Assembly: GCA_900541245.1 (NCBI GenBank)
Contig: UQIS01000001.1
Location: forward strand, 25,495 to 89,494
Origin: an uncultured Collinsella sp.
GTDB lineage: Bacteria > Actinomycetota > Coriobacteriia > Coriobacteriales > Coriobacteriaceae
Length of the DNA: 64,000 nucleotides
Direction of reading: 5' to 3'
In this document: one piece after another, positions 18,378 through 27,803 of the stretch
Position numbering within the stretch: position 1 is the first letter of the stretch
Layout of the letters: the number at the start of each line of letters is the position of its first letter
The notes under the pieces: generated by a model
Seen by the model: the letters and a program-made list of their open reading frames with translations, nothing else
Told to the model about the DNA's origin: nothing
Database searches by the model: none
Program-made: the position numbers and the translations under genes

Positions 18378-20864
18378 TTGCCAGCCGCGTTGAGAGATTC
18401 GTTTTTGAGAGGAGGCCCCGTGAACGCCTTTGACCGCTACGCCCCGTTTATCCAAGACTTCATCTACTCCCACGATTGGGAGAGCCTGCGCTCTATCCAG
18501 GTTGCGGCGGCAGACGCCATCTTTAACACACAAGACAATGTGCTCCTAACGGCATCCACAGCTTCCGGCAAAACCGAAGCGGCCTTCTTTCCCATCCTGA
18601 CCGAGTTTTGGGAGAACCCGCCCGCAAGCGTTGGTGCCCTCTACATTGGCCCCCTCAAGGCACTCATCAATGATCAGTTCGTCCGTCTCAATGACCTGTG
18701 CGAAGAGGCCGATATCCCTGTCTGGCACTGGCATGGCGATGTCTCGCAGTCGCACAAGGCTAAGCTCATCAAAAAACCGAACGGCATCTTGCAGATTACG
18801 CCCGAGTCACTCGAGGCGCTCTTAATCCATAAGCACATGGCGATCCCGCACATGTTTTGCGACCTGCGCTATGTGGTCATCGATGAGGTCCACTCGCTCA
18901 TGCGCGGCGACCGTGGCGGGCAGACGCTCTGCCTTATCGAGCGACTCTCGCGCATGGCCGGCGTGCAACCTCGACGCATTGGCCTTTCGGCCACCATCGG
19001 CGACCCCGAGCGCACGGGTGCCTTTCTCTCACAGGGAACGGGGCGCGACTGCGTTATCCCACGCTTTGAAGAGCCGCGCCGCGTGTGGCGCATCTCCATG
19101 GAGCACTTCTACAACTCGGGCCCCCAGGCACAGCAACGGGGATTCATGGGCACAGGTCCTCAAGAGGCCGAAGTGCTTGCGTGCGAGCGCATCGAGGCGG
19201 CGGCATCCGCGGCACTGCCCGCCGGCGCCCAAGACATGCGTCACAGCGGACAGCTCACACAAGAGGAGCGCCGTCAACGTCGTGAGCGGGCACGGGGCAA
19301 GGCCACTCCCAAGGACCGCCAAACTTCCTCGGCCCCCGAGGGCGAAGTCGACATCCCGCGAGCGACCGAGCAGGCGCTTCTCAGCCCCACCGACACAGCA
19401 CCAGACAACGCCGACCCCGGCATGGGCTATATCTTCGAACACACCCGCGGCCGCAAGTGCCTGGTCTTTGCCAACTCGCGCGAAGAGGCAGAGGCCGTAT
19501 GCTCCATGCTGCGTTGCTACTGTGAGAGCCGGCACGAGCCCGACCGCTTTCTCATCCACCACGGCAATCTTTCGGCATCGCTGCGCGAGACGGCAGAAGA
19601 GCTCATGCGCGACGAGGAACAGGCACAAACGACCGTCACCACCTCTACGCTGGAGCTCGGTATCGATATCGGCCGTCTGGAGCGTGCGTTTCAGATCGAC
19701 GCGCCGTTTACCGTCAGCTCTTTTTTGCAGCGAATGGGCCGCACGGGGCGCCGCGATCTTCCGCCCGAGATGTGGTTCGTCATGCGCGAGGAAGAGCCCG
19801 AGCCGCGCACGATGATGCCCGAGACCATCCCGTGGAAGCTCCTGCAAGGCATCGCGCTCGTACAACTCTATCGCGAGGAAAAGTGGGTCGAGCCGCCTGA
19901 GCTCGATCGACTCCCCTACAGTCTGCTCTATCACCAGACCATGTCGACGCTTGCCAGCACCGGAGAGCTCACGCCGGCCGAACTTGCCCAGCGCGTGCTC
20001 ACGCTCAGCTATTTCCACCGTGTCTCGGCAGACGATTACCGTGTGCTGCTACGCCACCTCATTAAGATCGACCATATCCAGGTCACCGAAGGTGGCGGGC
20101 TCATCGTGGGTCTCGCGGGCGAGCGCATCATTAACAACTTTAAGTTCTACGCCGTATTCCAGGAAAACGAGGAGTTCACCGTTCGCAGCGAGTCGGCCGA
20201 GTTGGGCACGATCGTCAATCCGCCACCGCCCGGCGAGCGCATCGCCATCGCCGGACACTGCTGGATTGTCGAGGAAGTGGACTGGAAGCGACACACCGTC
20301 TTTGCCACGCAAGTCAAAGGTCGTGTGCCGGCATACTTTGGCGACTGCCCCGGTGACATCAATACACACGTACTCGAACGCATGTGCCAAGCGCTCAACG
20401 AGCACGCAGCATATCCGTACCTCATGGGTAACGCACGGGCCCGCTTGGCGCAGGCTCGCCATACGGCCGAGATTTCGGGCGCGGGGACCAAGCCACTCAT
20501 TAACCTGGGCGGCGACACCTGGGTGCTCTTCCCCTGGTTGGGCAGCTACGCCTTTTTGGCACTCGAGCGCATGCTCAAGATTAAATGTGCCGCGGAGCTG
20601 GGCCTTCGCGGACTCGACCCGTCACGCCCGTACTTTATGCAGTTTAAAATGAAGGCCGACGAGGAGACGTTCTTTGAGGTGCTCGCCGCCGAGGCCGAGA
20701 AAGACTTCGATCCCATCGAGCTCGTCTATCCCGGCGAGGTGCCTTATTTTGACCGCTACGACGAGTTTGTTCCCGAAGAGCTCGTGCGCAAAGGCTTCGC
20801 CGAAGGCGTGCTCGACATCGAGGGCATGAAGCAGCGCGTCCTCAGCTGGCGCGACCACGCCTAA
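18378..20864 (+). CDS. Lhr-like DEAD/DEAH (DExH) helicase; Shango SngC-like
   Basis: Motif I (TASTASGKTEAAF), motif II (VVIDEVHSL), motif III (GLSATIGD), helicase-C region and a long C-terminal extension as in Lhr. An alternative GTG start at 18420 has a better RBS (GGAGG). Confidence 0.8.
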   Translation: MPAALRDSFLRGGPVNAFDRYAPFIQDFIYSHDWESLRSIQVAAADAIFNTQDNVLLTASTASGKTEAAFFPILTEFWENPPASVGALYIGPLKALINDQFVRLNDLCEEADIPVWHWHGDVSQSHKAKLIKKPNGILQITPESLEALLIHKHMAIPHMFCDLRYVVIDEVHSLMRGDRGGQTLCLIERLSRMAGVQPRRIGLSATIGDPERTGAFLSQGTGRDCVIPRFEEPRRVWRISMEHFYNSGPQAQQRGFMGTGPQEAEVLACERIEAAASAALPAGAQDMRHSGQLTQEERRQRRERARGKATPKDRQTSSAPEGEVDIPRATEQALLSPTDTAPDNADPGMGYIFEHTRGRKCLVFANSREEAEAVCSMLRCYCESRHEPDRFLIHHGNLSASLRETAEELMRDEEQAQTTVTTSTLELGIDIGRLERAFQIDAPFTVSSFLQRMGRTGRRDLPPEMWFVMREEEPEPRTMMPETIPWKLLQGIALVQLYREEKWVEPPELDRLPYSLLYHQTMSTLASTGELTPAELAQRVLTLSYFHRVSADDYRVLLRHLIKIDHIQVTEGGGLIVGLAGERIINNFKFYAVFQENEEFTVRSESAELGTIVNPPPPGERIAIAGHCWIVEEVDWKRHTVFATQVKGRVPAYFGDCPGDINTHVLERMCQALNEHAAYPYLMGNARARLAQARHTAEISGAGTKPLINLGGDTWVLFPWLGSYAFLALERMLKIKCAAELGLRGLDPSRPYFMQFKMKADEETFFEVLAAEAEKDFDPIELVYPGEVPYFDRYDEFVPEELVRKGFAEGVLDIEGMKQRVLSWRDHA

Positions 20865-20891
20865 GACCAGTCCTTTTTGGGACGGGGAGAC

Positions 20892-21770
20892 TTACTTGTC
20901 GTGAAGGACGGTGCCGAGGAAGTCGGTGTCGAAGGGCACAGCTTCGGCAAAGGCGTAGTCGCCGTCGCTGGCGATGAGCAGATAATTCTCCTCGCCGCCG
21001 AACTCTGCATCGCCACATGGGACCACCCAGGCGTGGGCGAACACCTCGAGCGCCGTGGCGGCGCAATCGCGCAGGAACGTTACGTCGCTCCCCTCGTTTG
21101 CGCTCACGACATTGGCAACGTAGATACCCCCGGGGTTCAGGCTGCCTCGCACCAAACGCAACGCCTCAACCGTCGCCAGCTCGCGTACGGGCTCGACACC
21201 GCCAAAGCAATCGCTCACGACCACGTCGTAGCGACGATGGCCCACGCTCGTCACACCCAAATACGAGCGAGCCTCAGCGGTAATCACCCGCAAGCGGTCG
21301 CCCACCGCACGCTCCAGCTCGTCCAGGTAGAACCAGCGGCGCGCTAGGCGCGTAATCTCTCCGTCATACTCGATAACGTCCATGCACAAGTCCTCGTGCG
21401 ACATCAGCGCGAACTTGGGATAGGCAAACCCGCCGCCGCCCAGCATAAGCATGCGGTCGATACCGTGACCGTAAGCGTCGCGCATCGCATCCTCGGCCTC
21501 AAACACGTCGTCAAACGAACGATAGTACGTAAAGACGGGCTCCGCCCAACGCTCGCCAACGTAGCTTGCACTTTGGTAGACGCCGCCTTGTACCAATACG
21601 CGGACTTCGTCGCCGCCCTCGTCGTGCACGCGCTTCACACGCGCCAACCCATTGCGGGTTCGCGCAACCTGCAGACAGGCAGCACGAACAGCGACGGCGG
21701 CCGCACCAAGCGCCGCGGCTCCCAGAGCAACGCCGGCAACGACGCCGGCAGAAACACTCGGCTTGTTCAT
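20892..21770 (-). CDS. spermidine synthase-like (class I SAM-MTase fold) protein with N-terminal TM anchor
   Basis: N-terminal hydrophobic segment. MLMLGGGGFAYP glycine-rich motif and VVEYDGEI, typical of polyamine aminopropyltransferase-like proteins. Immediately follows elp3. Confidence 0.55.
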   Translation of the reverse strand: MNKPSVSAGVVAGVALGAAALGAAAVAVRAACLQVARTRNGLARVKRVHDEGGDEVRVLVQGGVYQSASYVGERWAEPVFTYYRSFDDVFEAEDAMRDAYGHGIDRMLMLGGGGFAYPKFALMSHEDLCMDVIEYDGEITRLARRWFYLDELERAVGDRLRVITAEARSYLGVTSVGHRRYDVVVSDCFGGVEPVRELATVEALRLVRGSLNPGGIYVANVVSANEGSDVTFLRDCAATALEVFAHAWVVPCGDAEFGGEENYLLIASDGDYAFAEAVPFDTDFLGTVLHDK

Positions 21771-23678
21771 CTAGAGCTCCTTTTGCAGATAAAGGCCATA
21801 GTCATAAAATCCAAGATGGCGATAGTACTCGCGCGTACCAATCGCGCTGATCACGTTGATGCGCGCATAGCCCGCGTCCCGAGCAATATGGCACGCACGC
21901 TCCACCAGCGACCGTCCCAATCCATGGTGCTGGGCTGCCTGGCCTTGATCCCCCACGCGCGCCGCCATGCCATACACGTGTACCTCGCGAATCATCGCCT
22001 CGTCCGGCATCGTCGGCAACTCGTCCGCATGTGCGGCAACAAAAGCGCGAACGGGCAGCGACAGACGCAAAAAGCCGGCGATCTTGCCTTCGGGCGTCAC
22101 CCACTGCAAAAAGCGTTCACGCGTCACCGGCGTCTCGTACGCCACCTCCTCATCAAGAGAAAGCTCATCCAAGTCGGCACCCGCCGTACTGATCTCGCGA
22201 TAGCGAATCTCGCGCACCGTCGCACCGTCACCCCGAGCAGCCAGGCGGTTCTCAACGAGCTGACGCAGGTTGGGTTTCTTGTTGCCCACCATAATGTCGT
22301 CGGAGCTAAAGTCGCGGATCATGCGGCTGATGCGGCAGAACGCCGGCGTCACCACGATGTCGTCGGCCAGCACATCGAGCAGTTCTTCCTCGGTATAGGG
22401 GCGCCACTCGCCGCGCTCATAGCGGCCCACCAGACGCGAGCCCTCGATGAGCGCGCACGGGTAGACCTTGACCTCGTCGGGCATAAAGGCCCCCTCGGTC
22501 ATAAAGCGCTCGTAGTCGCGCTTGTCCCCCTCGGGCGTGGCGCCCAGCAAGTTGAGCATAAAATGCGCGTGGATCTTAAAGCCAAACAGACGCGCAAGCG
22601 AAAACGCCCGCTCGATCTGAGCCACCGAAATGCGACGCTCGTTGATATCGAGCAGGTGCTGGTTGAGGCTCTGGATGCCCATCTGAATCTTGGTGCAACC
22701 CAGGCGGCGGATAAGCGTGAGCGCCTGGGGCGTCACGGCATCGGGGCGCGTCTCGATAACGAGCCCCACCACGCGATGCTTCGCCGTCTCGTTGATGCGC
22801 TGCTGACGCTCAAGCTCCTCCATCGTTGCCGTCTGCCACTCAGTGACCTCGCCCCACGGCGTACCGGGACCGTACAGACGACGCACCGCACGGTTATAGC
22901 CGCCCACGGCAGCATCCACACGCCCCTGCTCGTCGGCAACGCCGGCAGCAAGCTCGACCTCGTCTGTCGCAATGCCGGCGGCCCGATAGCGCTCACGGCG
23001 CTCCGCTACCACAGGCGGCAGGGCATCGGCGGGAGCGTCATCGAGCAGACGCCCCGCCTCGGCACGGCTGATGCCCGGACGTGCCAACATGGGGTTGGCC
23101 GCCACGCCGGCGACGGCATCGTCATTGAGTGCACGGAAAAGCTCCGACATAAACCATGTCTGATAGCCTTCCGGATAGTCGCTCCAGGTACCGCCAAGCA
23201 CAATGAGCTCGATCTTATCGGTCGCATGCCCCATCTGCGAAAGCGCGGTCAGGCGAGCGCTCACCTGCAGATACGGGTCAAAGCAATTTTGCTCCGCACG
23301 GGCGCATGCCGGCTCGGCGTGCAGATAGCTCTTGGGCATGCGCAGATCGTTGGGGCAAAACAGGCAATCGCCCGAGCATGGCCAGGGCTTGGTAATGACG
23401 GTAATGGTCGCCACGCCCGAGGCCGTTCGGCGCGGCTTCATACGCAGGACCTGCAACAGTTGACGCTCCAGATCGGAATCGACATTCCACGCAGCCCACC
23501 GAACCGGCTCCTCACGTTTAACCCGCTGGTAGAACGGCAGCAGACGGCGCTTGGCCAAATCGCGTTTGTCGGCACCCTCACGGCGCGCCTCGGCATGTAT
23601 CAGTTTGACGAGCGCTTTGTCGTCCACGGTCTCGCCGCGACGCAGGGCCTCGAGTATGTTCAAGATAATCTGTTCCAT
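21771..23678 (-). CDS. elp3: Elp3-family radical SAM/GNAT acetyltransferase
   Basis: CSGDCLFC radical-SAM cysteine motif near the N-terminus and a C-terminal GNAT domain (RHLGFYDYGLYLQKEL). 635 aa. Confidence 0.8.
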   Translation of the reverse strand: MEQIILNILEALRRGETVDDKALVKLIHAEARREGADKRDLAKRRLLPFYQRVKREEPVRWAAWNVDSDLERQLLQVLRMKPRRTASGVATITVITKPWPCSGDCLFCPNDLRMPKSYLHAEPACARAEQNCFDPYLQVSARLTALSQMGHATDKIELIVLGGTWSDYPEGYQTWFMSELFRALNDDAVAGVAANPMLARPGISRAEAGRLLDDAPADALPPVVAERRERYRAAGIATDEVELAAGVADEQGRVDAAVGGYNRAVRRLYGPGTPWGEVTEWQTATMEELERQQRINETAKHRVVGLVIETRPDAVTPQALTLIRRLGCTKIQMGIQSLNQHLLDINERRISVAQIERAFSLARLFGFKIHAHFMLNLLGATPEGDKRDYERFMTEGAFMPDEVKVYPCALIEGSRLVGRYERGEWRPYTEEELLDVLADDIVVTPAFCRISRMIRDFSSDDIMVGNKKPNLRQLVENRLAARGDGATVREIRYREISTAGADLDELSLDEEVAYETPVTRERFLQWVTPEGKIAGFLRLSLPVRAFVAAHADELPTMPDEAMIREVHVYGMAARVGDQGQAAQHHGLGRSLVERACHIARDAGYARINVISAIGTREYYRHLGFYDYGLYLQKEL

Positions 23679-23697
23679 GTCCCCATTGTAAAGGCAA

Positions 23698-23731
23698 AGG
23701 CGCCGGAGCCGATCTCGGCTTCGGCGCCTTC
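23698..23731 (-). terminator. terminator hairpin downstream of the DUF4097 gene
   Basis: GGCGCCG...CGGCGCC with a nested AGCCGATCTCGGCT palindrome. T-rich on the minus strand. Confidence 0.45.
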
Positions 23732-23775
23732 ATCAAAGAGCATGCCTATATGTACCGATCTCCGAAAACCGCATG

Positions 23776-24678
23776 TCACTCCGGATCAAACGACATGTCG
23801 CCCGAACCGACCTCGAAACGATACGTAGCAGACTTATCGCCGTTGTCGAATTCAAGATTCAATATGGTCTCGCCATCGTAGCCAAGCGGAAGGAAATCGC
23901 TCTCGAAGTCACCGCTGCCCACGGTGAGGCTCGCCTTAAAGCCCGTAGAGTTCGGAACCGTCATCTCCACATCGCCCGAGTCCACGCTTACGTCCATCGA
24001 CTTCGCGGGGGCCTGGTAGAGCTCGAACGTCACATCGCCCGAACCGACCTCAGCACTGAGCGCATCAGTCACGCTGCCCGCAAACTCTACATCTCCCGCA
24101 CCCAGGAAAAGGTCGAAACCATCACAGGTGACACCGGCAATCTGCAGATCACCCGAGCCCACGTGCGCGTTGACTCCCTTCAGATGTTCGGCAACACGGC
24201 GCGGCAGCTCGACCGTAACTGAGCGATCGATTGCCTTACCGTCATCACTTCCAAACTGGGAAACCTTGAGCGTCGAGTCCTCGACGGATGCGATGTTCTG
24301 CGTCGCGGCCTTGGAGGCATCCATACCATTGGCAACGCGTCCCCGCTCGATAACGCGAGCCTTGTTACCATCAATAACCTTGACGTCCACCGTAGCCGCA
24401 TCGATATCGAAATCGAGGTAGCGAAACTCATCGGCATCAAAGGTCGTACACGAAAGCTGCTGAGGCCGAGCGGAATAGTTACCGCCATCGTTCATAAAAT
24501 CGTCGTCATCAACCACATCGTCCATACCGGACAAGCCGGGTATAACATCGTCGAGATCCCACGGGCCATCAAAATGAATCAAAGTCCGCGAAACGCCAAA
24601 AACAAGCCCGATAATCAGTACAAACGCTCCGATGCCGACGCCCAGGCGCAGCTTGGATTCATGCGAAAGCTTCATCAT
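23776..24678 (-). CDS. DUF4097-family beta-repeat protein (YvlB-like putative adhesin) with N-terminal TM
   Basis: Repeated VGSGD/GAGD motifs (VGSGDLQ, GAGDVEF, VGSGDVTF, DSGDVEM, VGSGDFES, VGSGDMSF), characteristic of DUF4097. Confidence 0.7.
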   Translation of the reverse strand: MMKLSHESKLRLGVGIGAFVLIIGLVFGVSRTLIHFDGPWDLDDVIPGLSGMDDVVDDDDFMNDGGNYSARPQQLSCTTFDADEFRYLDFDIDAATVDVKVIDGNKARVIERGRVANGMDASKAATQNIASVEDSTLKVSQFGSDDGKAIDRSVTVELPRRVAEHLKGVNAHVGSGDLQIAGVTCDGFDLFLGAGDVEFAGSVTDALSAEVGSGDVTFELYQAPAKSMDVSVDSGDVEMTVPNSTGFKASLTVGSGDFESDFLPLGYDGETILNLEFDNGDKSATYRFEVGSGDMSFDPE

Positions 24679-25397
24679 TCGTCACCTTCTTTGGCACATG
24701 GCTCAGCGGTGGCCGCGGTAGCCACGTCAGCATCAGGTTCCGCAGAAGTATCCTTCCCCTGGGCCCTGACCGCCACCGGTGCCGGACCAACCTGAATATC
24801 CCCGCGCGCCCAATCGCCATCGAGTGCACGCGCCACCCAGTGATAGATGGGAATCGTGAAGAAGATCAGCGCAGCAAAGGGGCCGGCACCAAACAGGAAC
24901 ATCAGTAAAAAGAACAGCAGCCAGCACACGGCCCAATACGGGAATGACTGGAACGGACCCTTCACCGGAGTCGGACCAGCCGCACCGGTACCCGTCACCT
25001 GAGCCGTCGCCGCATTGGCAGCCTGCGCACTCCAGCTTGCCGCCTGCGCCGCCTTGGCTGCCGCGTCACTTGCCTGCGTTGCCGCCTCGGTGGCGCGCGC
25101 CGCCGCCTCATGGGTGCGGGCGCGCTCTGCCGCCTCGGCCTCGCGCTGACGAGCGCGGTCCTCGTTCTCAAACTCGATATCGTCCTCAATCTCATCGCTC
25201 GGATTGAGCAGCTCGTCCAGACTCACACCATAGAGCTTGGCGAGCGAGATCAGGTTCTCGGTATCGGGCGAGCTCTCCGCACGCTCCCATTTACTAACCG
25301 CCTGGCGCGACAGCCCCAGCTTTCGCGCCAGCCCTTCTTGGCTAAAGCCCTTGCTGCGGCGAAGGTCGGCGAGCCGCTGCGCAGTTTCTACATTCAT
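24675..25397 (-). CDS. XRE-family HTH transcriptional regulator with C-terminal membrane domain
   Basis: Internal ATG with AGGAGG RBS gives MNVETAQRLADLRRSKGFSQEGLARKLGLSRQAVSKWERAESSP (HTH_XRE). C-terminal TM helices. 4-nt overlap with the downstream DUF4097 gene, a common PadR/XRE-DUF4097 pairing. Confidence 0.65.
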   Translation of the reverse strand: MNVETAQRLADLRRSKGFSQEGLARKLGLSRQAVSKWERAESSPDTENLISLAKLYGVSLDELLNPSDEIEDDIEFENEDRARQREAEAAERARTHEAAARATEAATQASDAAAKAAQAASWSAQAANAATAQVTGTGAAGPTPVKGPFQSFPYWAVCWLLFFLLMFLFGAGPFAALIFFTIPIYHWVARALDGDWARGDIQVGPAPVAVRAQGKDTSAEPDADVATAATAEPCAKEGDE

Positions 25398-25664
25398 GGT
25401 TCCTCCTATGTGATGCCAGCCGTGCCGCCGGACCGTTTTTGTTCTTAAGGCGCCTTGCACAGTTAAAAATCTATCCGCCACCGCCAAAAGCATGCCACCT
25501 ATTCTAGTGAGATTTTTGACAACTGGCGGTTGCGGGCACATATGAGCTGCGGAAATGTGTCCAAACAAAGCAATGAGCCGCAGCTCGGTTGTCCCCGTTG
25601 CGGCGTTAACGGTAGTATGGTCATACTGTTTATTCCGCACCGCCAACGGAGGGAGTTCCGCGCC

Positions 25665-26537
25665 GTGAACCGCGATTTCGCCTCATCGCTCATCCAGCTC
25701 AACAACACGTTCTATCGCGAGCACTCCGCCTCCTTTTCCGATACGCGCCAGGCCCCGTGGCCCGGCTGGGTGCGCACCATGGACATCGCGCTCGAACAGC
25801 TCGACGTCGCCACGATCGAGCATCCCGTCCGCGTCTTCGATCTCGCCTGCGGCAATATGCGATTCGAAAACTTTGCCGCCGGCGGCGCACTTGCCGCCAA
25901 GGGCGTCGACGGCGCAAACCCCTCGGCAGATGCCAGCTGCCCGTTTGAGTTCTATGGCGTCGACTCGTGTCAAGACCTGGCCATCGATGCACATGGCCAC
26001 GCGCTGCGCATTCCCAACCTGCACTTCCAGGAACTCGACGTGCTCGACGCCCTCATGAAGCTCAACCCCGCCGAAACACCCGACGTGCTTTTCGACGCCC
26101 CGCTCGCCGATATCTCGGTCTGCTTTGGCTTTATGCACCACGTGCCGTCGTGCGAGTACCGCGTACGCGTGCTCGACGCCCTGGTGCGGCAAACGCGCCC
26201 GGGCGGCATCATCGCCATCAGCTTTTGGGAGTTTATGAACGACGAGCGCATGGCGCGCAAGGCCGTTCGAGCCGAAGCCCGCGCCGAGCTCACCCCGCCG
26301 TTTGAGGGTTACGATTCCGCGCAGTTTGAAGCCGGCGACCACCTCATTGGCTGGCAAAACGACCGCCACGCCTACCGCTATTGCCATCACTTTGACGATC
26401 AGCAGATCACCGACCTGGTGCGCGGCGTCCGTACGTTCTACAAAAGCGGCGAGGTCCCCGTGCGCGAGCTTGAGCGTTTCCATGCCGACGGTCGCAGCGG
26501 CGAGCTCAACCGTTATGTGATCCTCAAGCGCCTGTAG
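25665..26537 (+). CDS. class I SAM-dependent methyltransferase
   Basis: GTG start with GGAGGGAG RBS. Motif I (VFDLACGNMRF) and motif post-I (FEFYGVDS). Confidence 0.55.
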   Translation: MNRDFASSLIQLNNTFYREHSASFSDTRQAPWPGWVRTMDIALEQLDVATIEHPVRVFDLACGNMRFENFAAGGALAAKGVDGANPSADASCPFEFYGVDSCQDLAIDAHGHALRIPNLHFQELDVLDALMKLNPAETPDVLFDAPLADISVCFGFMHHVPSCEYRVRVLDALVRQTRPGGIIAISFWEFMNDERMARKAVRAEARAELTPPFEGYDSAQFEAGDHLIGWQNDRHAYRYCHHFDDQQITDLVRGVRTFYKSGEVPVRELERFHADGRSGELNRYVILKRL

Positions 26538-26654
26538 GCATCGACGACTCGCCGCCGAGCCGTGCCGCGTCTTTCGAGCAAACTATGCCCACCCTTTTCA
26601 ACCCATTGACGGAACGCGCAGCTATGCGTTCCATATTTATGACCAAGGAGCCTC

Positions 26655-27494
26655 ATGGGAGCCGTCCACGTTCGCACGCCTAAGAACTTTGTGCTCGAGG
26701 AGCGCCTGGAGCGCTACGCCGATGCGATTGAGACGAACCCCGAGGCCTATGCCGGAGATTGGCGTGAAGTCTGTGCGCCAGTTGGCAGCAAGCCATTCGA
26801 ACACCTTCACCTGGATCTTGGCTGCGGCAAGGGAACGTACCTTGTAGAGCGCGCGGCCCACGAGCCAAACACGCTCTTTATCGGCATGGACCAAGAGCCC
26901 ATCTGCATCGCCTATGCCGCACAGAAAATCTGCGAGCATGAGCTGACCAACGCACTCGTTCTGCCTCGAGGCGCCGCATCGCTGCCGCAGCTATTTGCCA
27001 CAGGCGAGCTCGATGCCATCACCATCAACTTTCCCACGCCGCAGCCCAAGGCCAAGTACGCCAAAAAGCGCCTCGTCCATGTCGACCATCTGATGCTCTA
27101 TCGCCCGCTCTTTGCAGCCGGCGCCACCGTAACGCTGCGAACCGACAGCAAACCGTTGCGCGATTACGCCCTGGGACAGTTTGCCGCAGCCGGCTACGAT
27201 ACGCTTTGGGTAAGTGACGACGTCCGCCGCGACCATCCCGAGCATCCCGAGACCGAATATGAATGCCGCACGCGCGAGATGGGCGCCGCCGTCTATGGCA
27301 TTTGCGCTACGCCCGGCGCGGAACCCATCGAAGAGCAGCTCGCGGCGGGCCGCGCGCAGGAGCAAAGCCTTGCCTGCTACCTGCCCGAAAACCTCGATGA
27401 GCTCACCTACGTGCCTCTCGGCATGGAAGAGGCCGTCGAGAACTTCAGAAACCGTGCCCGCAAGGGCAAGAAGCGCCTGCCGCAAGAGTCCTAG
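26655..27494 (+). CDS. trmB: tRNA (guanine46-N7)-methyltransferase
   Basis: AAGGAG RBS. LDLGCGKGTYL SAM motif and TrmB-typical layout. 279 aa. Confidence 0.8.
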   Translation: MGAVHVRTPKNFVLEERLERYADAIETNPEAYAGDWREVCAPVGSKPFEHLHLDLGCGKGTYLVERAAHEPNTLFIGMDQEPICIAYAAQKICEHELTNALVLPRGAASLPQLFATGELDAITINFPTPQPKAKYAKKRLVHVDHLMLYRPLFAAGATVTLRTDSKPLRDYALGQFAAAGYDTLWVSDDVRRDHPEHPETEYECRTREMGAAVYGICATPGAEPIEEQLAAGRAQEQSLACYLPENLDELTYVPLGMEEAVENFRNRARKGKKRLPQES

Positions 27495-27559
27495 GGGCTT
27501 CTGATGGTCGCGGCGTCAGCAAATAAGCGCGAATAGGCGCCAGCAAACAACCCTCAAAC

Positions 27560-27682
27560 CTAAGTGAGTAGACTTTTTTGCAATAGCCAAGCACAACCCG
27601 CATAACGAAAACTAAAACCGCAGATAGAACCCTTGTGCAAAATCCATGTGCTCGCGACATCGCAAAAAGTCTACTCACTTAG
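27560..27682. mobile_element. MITE-like element copy 1 (about 123 bp, 21-22 bp terminal inverted repeats)
   Basis: CTAAGTGAGTAGACTTTTTTGC at 27560-27581 and its reverse complement GCAAAAAGTCTACTCACTTAG at 27662-27682. The same TIRs recur at about 37279-37401 and 38698-38821. Confidence 0.6.
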
Positions 27683-27803
27683 CTGGCAACTGCACCAAAC
27701 GGCCGGGCAGAACGCCCATTTCCTGCATTTTCTTGCCTGCAAACGCATCGATGCGCCGCTACGCCATAATAGTTGGCGGACAATCGCGAGAGAAAGCAAC
27801 CAC

